From Leucoraja erinacea (taxonomy: Eukaryota), in contig NC_073390.1 in NCBI RefSeq assembly GCF_028641065.1, positions 43,214,001 through 43,278,000 of the forward strand: DNA of 64,000 nt. Reading direction: 5' to 3'. A program made the translations under genes and the position numbers. Each line of letters starts with the position of its first letter. Position 1 is the stretch's first letter. Of this stretch, positions 62,350 through 64,000 are shown piece after piece. Below the pieces are notes generated by a model. The model searched no databases. It saw nothing but the letters and a program-made list of their open reading frames with translations, and had not been told where the DNA came from.

Positions 62350-62656
62350 AAGGTCCACCAACGATTTTCTAGCAACTGGTGTACCGGCATCTCCTTTAAA
62401 CTGGACAAAATGACGAGGGCGCACTTGAAATCTTCCCCGAAGTACCCCCGAAAAAGTGGCGCCTCGGCCAGGTGAGACGGCCAATCTCGACCTCATTGGC
62501 ACTTCCACGGCGATCTGTTCCCATTACGGGCTTCCATCGTCAACTTTGCTGCCGGTATCTCAGCACCCTGAAGCTGTGACCTCTCATGGTCCATGAAAAT
62601 AGATAATCCTGCAAGGCTCTGTGACGACAGGTGCCAGAAAATCGGTGGTGGACCCG
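62350..62656. mobile_element. Tc1/mariner (pogo/Tigger-like) MITE nested in a Rex-like tail
   Basis: About 25-bp TIRs aaggtccaccaacgattttctagca / tgccagaaaatcggtggtggacccg. TA TSD at 62348-62349 and 62657-62658. Confidence 0.8.
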
Positions 62657-63904
62657 TAGCATTATCTGATCTAATTTGATAGCATGCAACACAAAGTTTT
62701 TCACTGTACCTGTACATGTGATAATAATAAATCTAAACTCAAGCTTAAAATCAATTAGTATATTCCATGTCTGTACAGATTAAACTATTATTTTTTGATT
62801 TGTACATATTTGCAAAATATCAATACATGAATACTTGCTGCTTAATTTTTTTCCCCACAGTAGGAGCACTGAATAACCCATATCTGACAGTCTTACCAAC
62901 AATATTTCAATGCCATTATAATCAATTTTCCAAGCCAATTATTTTATCTTAACAAAACAAATCCAAATGCATGAACAGGGGCTAAATTAAACAAATCATA
63001 AATGGATTTGATTTGCATTTTTAAATGATCTAATCTGTATTAAAGGTCAAGGACAATTTGAGTAGAGGAACAAGTGGCATAATATATTCTGTAAGACCTT
63101 CCTTTAAAGTAATGCTAATCATGTACTCAGTAATATTTTGGACCTTCATTGTCCGTGGACTGGTTTGTGCAGAACATAGACAAATAGCAACAGAAATCCA
63201 ACCTCAATCTGTACAAAAATAGGACAGTATCACACAAAAATGTGCATCAGCAGCATCACTGATTAATGTGACTGTTCCCATTTTGAGCTCATATTAATCT
63301 AATCTGTTCAAAATCTTGGCCAGGTTCTATCACTGTCATCGACCTCTTTGCAGCATATCAGTAAAACGGCATTCCAGTCATGGAGATATGGTGATAAATT
63401 CTGATAAGGAACATCTGAAATACCACTTTATTTCCACTGATGTGAAGTAAACAAATTACCAGCAGGACATGTTATGAAAGCCAAGAGTAAACAAGTTAAG
63501 GCTCAGGCCAAATATTTCTTCTTAGATAAAGATCGTATCAATGCTACTCAATTACTTGCAGTGTGAAGAAACACGCAAGCCACAAGTTGAGATGATATAA
63601 TGATATCGTTTTTCTAAATTACATTAAGACTCAGAACTTATTTCATGTTGGAGGATGAAAACGACAGTGGCCTGAATGGGTCTCTCAAGAGGATCAGTTG
63701 AATCTGTCCGAGGGATCACAGTCTCTTAATTATATTTCAATTTTGTTCCCTCTTCCCCTACACTTTAAAAAAAATATTTTGGGGGTCTAAAAGGTTATCT
63801 CAAATGCTCAGATGGCTCCAGAGTTGAAGGGCAAGGGCCCTGGGCAAAGTAATGTAAACGTGTTTGAGACAGAACAAATGATCTGGACGAGGGAATTGCA
63901 TGCA

Positions 63905-64000
63905 ACATCTCCAAGTTTGCGGATGACACTAAGCTGGGGGGCAGTGTTAGCTGTGAGGAGGATGCTAGGAGGCTGCAAGGTGACTTGGTTGGGTGAGTGG
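63905..64000 (+). mobile_element. Start of a CR1 RT fragment running off the window
   Basis: NISKFADDTKLGGSVSCEEDARRLQGDL. Confidence 0.85.

Larger units (their letters stand above)
33076..64000 (-). other. NLGN1: Large NLGN1 intron (upstream exons lie outside the window)
   Basis: No further neuroligin-like coding sequence seen to the window end. NLGN1 is known to have very long 5' introns. Confidence 0.75.

Noticed and set aside
33076-64000. Upstream NLGN1 exons (site A exons, PVMVYIHGGSYMEG exon)
   Set aside because: No matching coding sequence found by eye. Very short exons could have been missed.

Overview
Vertebrate genomic DNA, most likely from a cartilaginous fish (skate/ray/shark). 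This is inferred from HE1-type V-SINEs, abundant CR1 LINEs and Penelope-derived repeats. The only host gene is the 3' part of neuroligin-1 (NLGN1) on the minus strand: three coding exons (33075-32863/32890 with the splice-site-B alternative donor, 28987-28198, 22711-21886), a probable ~4.8 kb 3' UTR down to ~17060 that spans an assembly gap, and a large intron running off the right end. Positions 1-17000 look intergenic. The rest is repeats: CR1 LINEs (one nearly intact), Rex/Babar-like tails, HE1 SINEs, hAT, Harbinger and Tc1/mariner MITEs, a Kolobok-like element and a non-autonomous Helitron. The most notable signal is a family of about 20 Penelope-derived repeats, about a dozen of which keep a recognisable minimal hammerhead ribozyme core (CUGAAGA-stem II-GAAACGUH). 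They often occur as inverted pairs inside one target-site duplication (TSD). One pair has captured local DNA, and one copy lies in sense in the NLGN1 3' UTR. Every sense-strand copy inside the gene has a damaged core. Repeat boundaries are read by eye, and family names come from recalled consensus features, not database searches.
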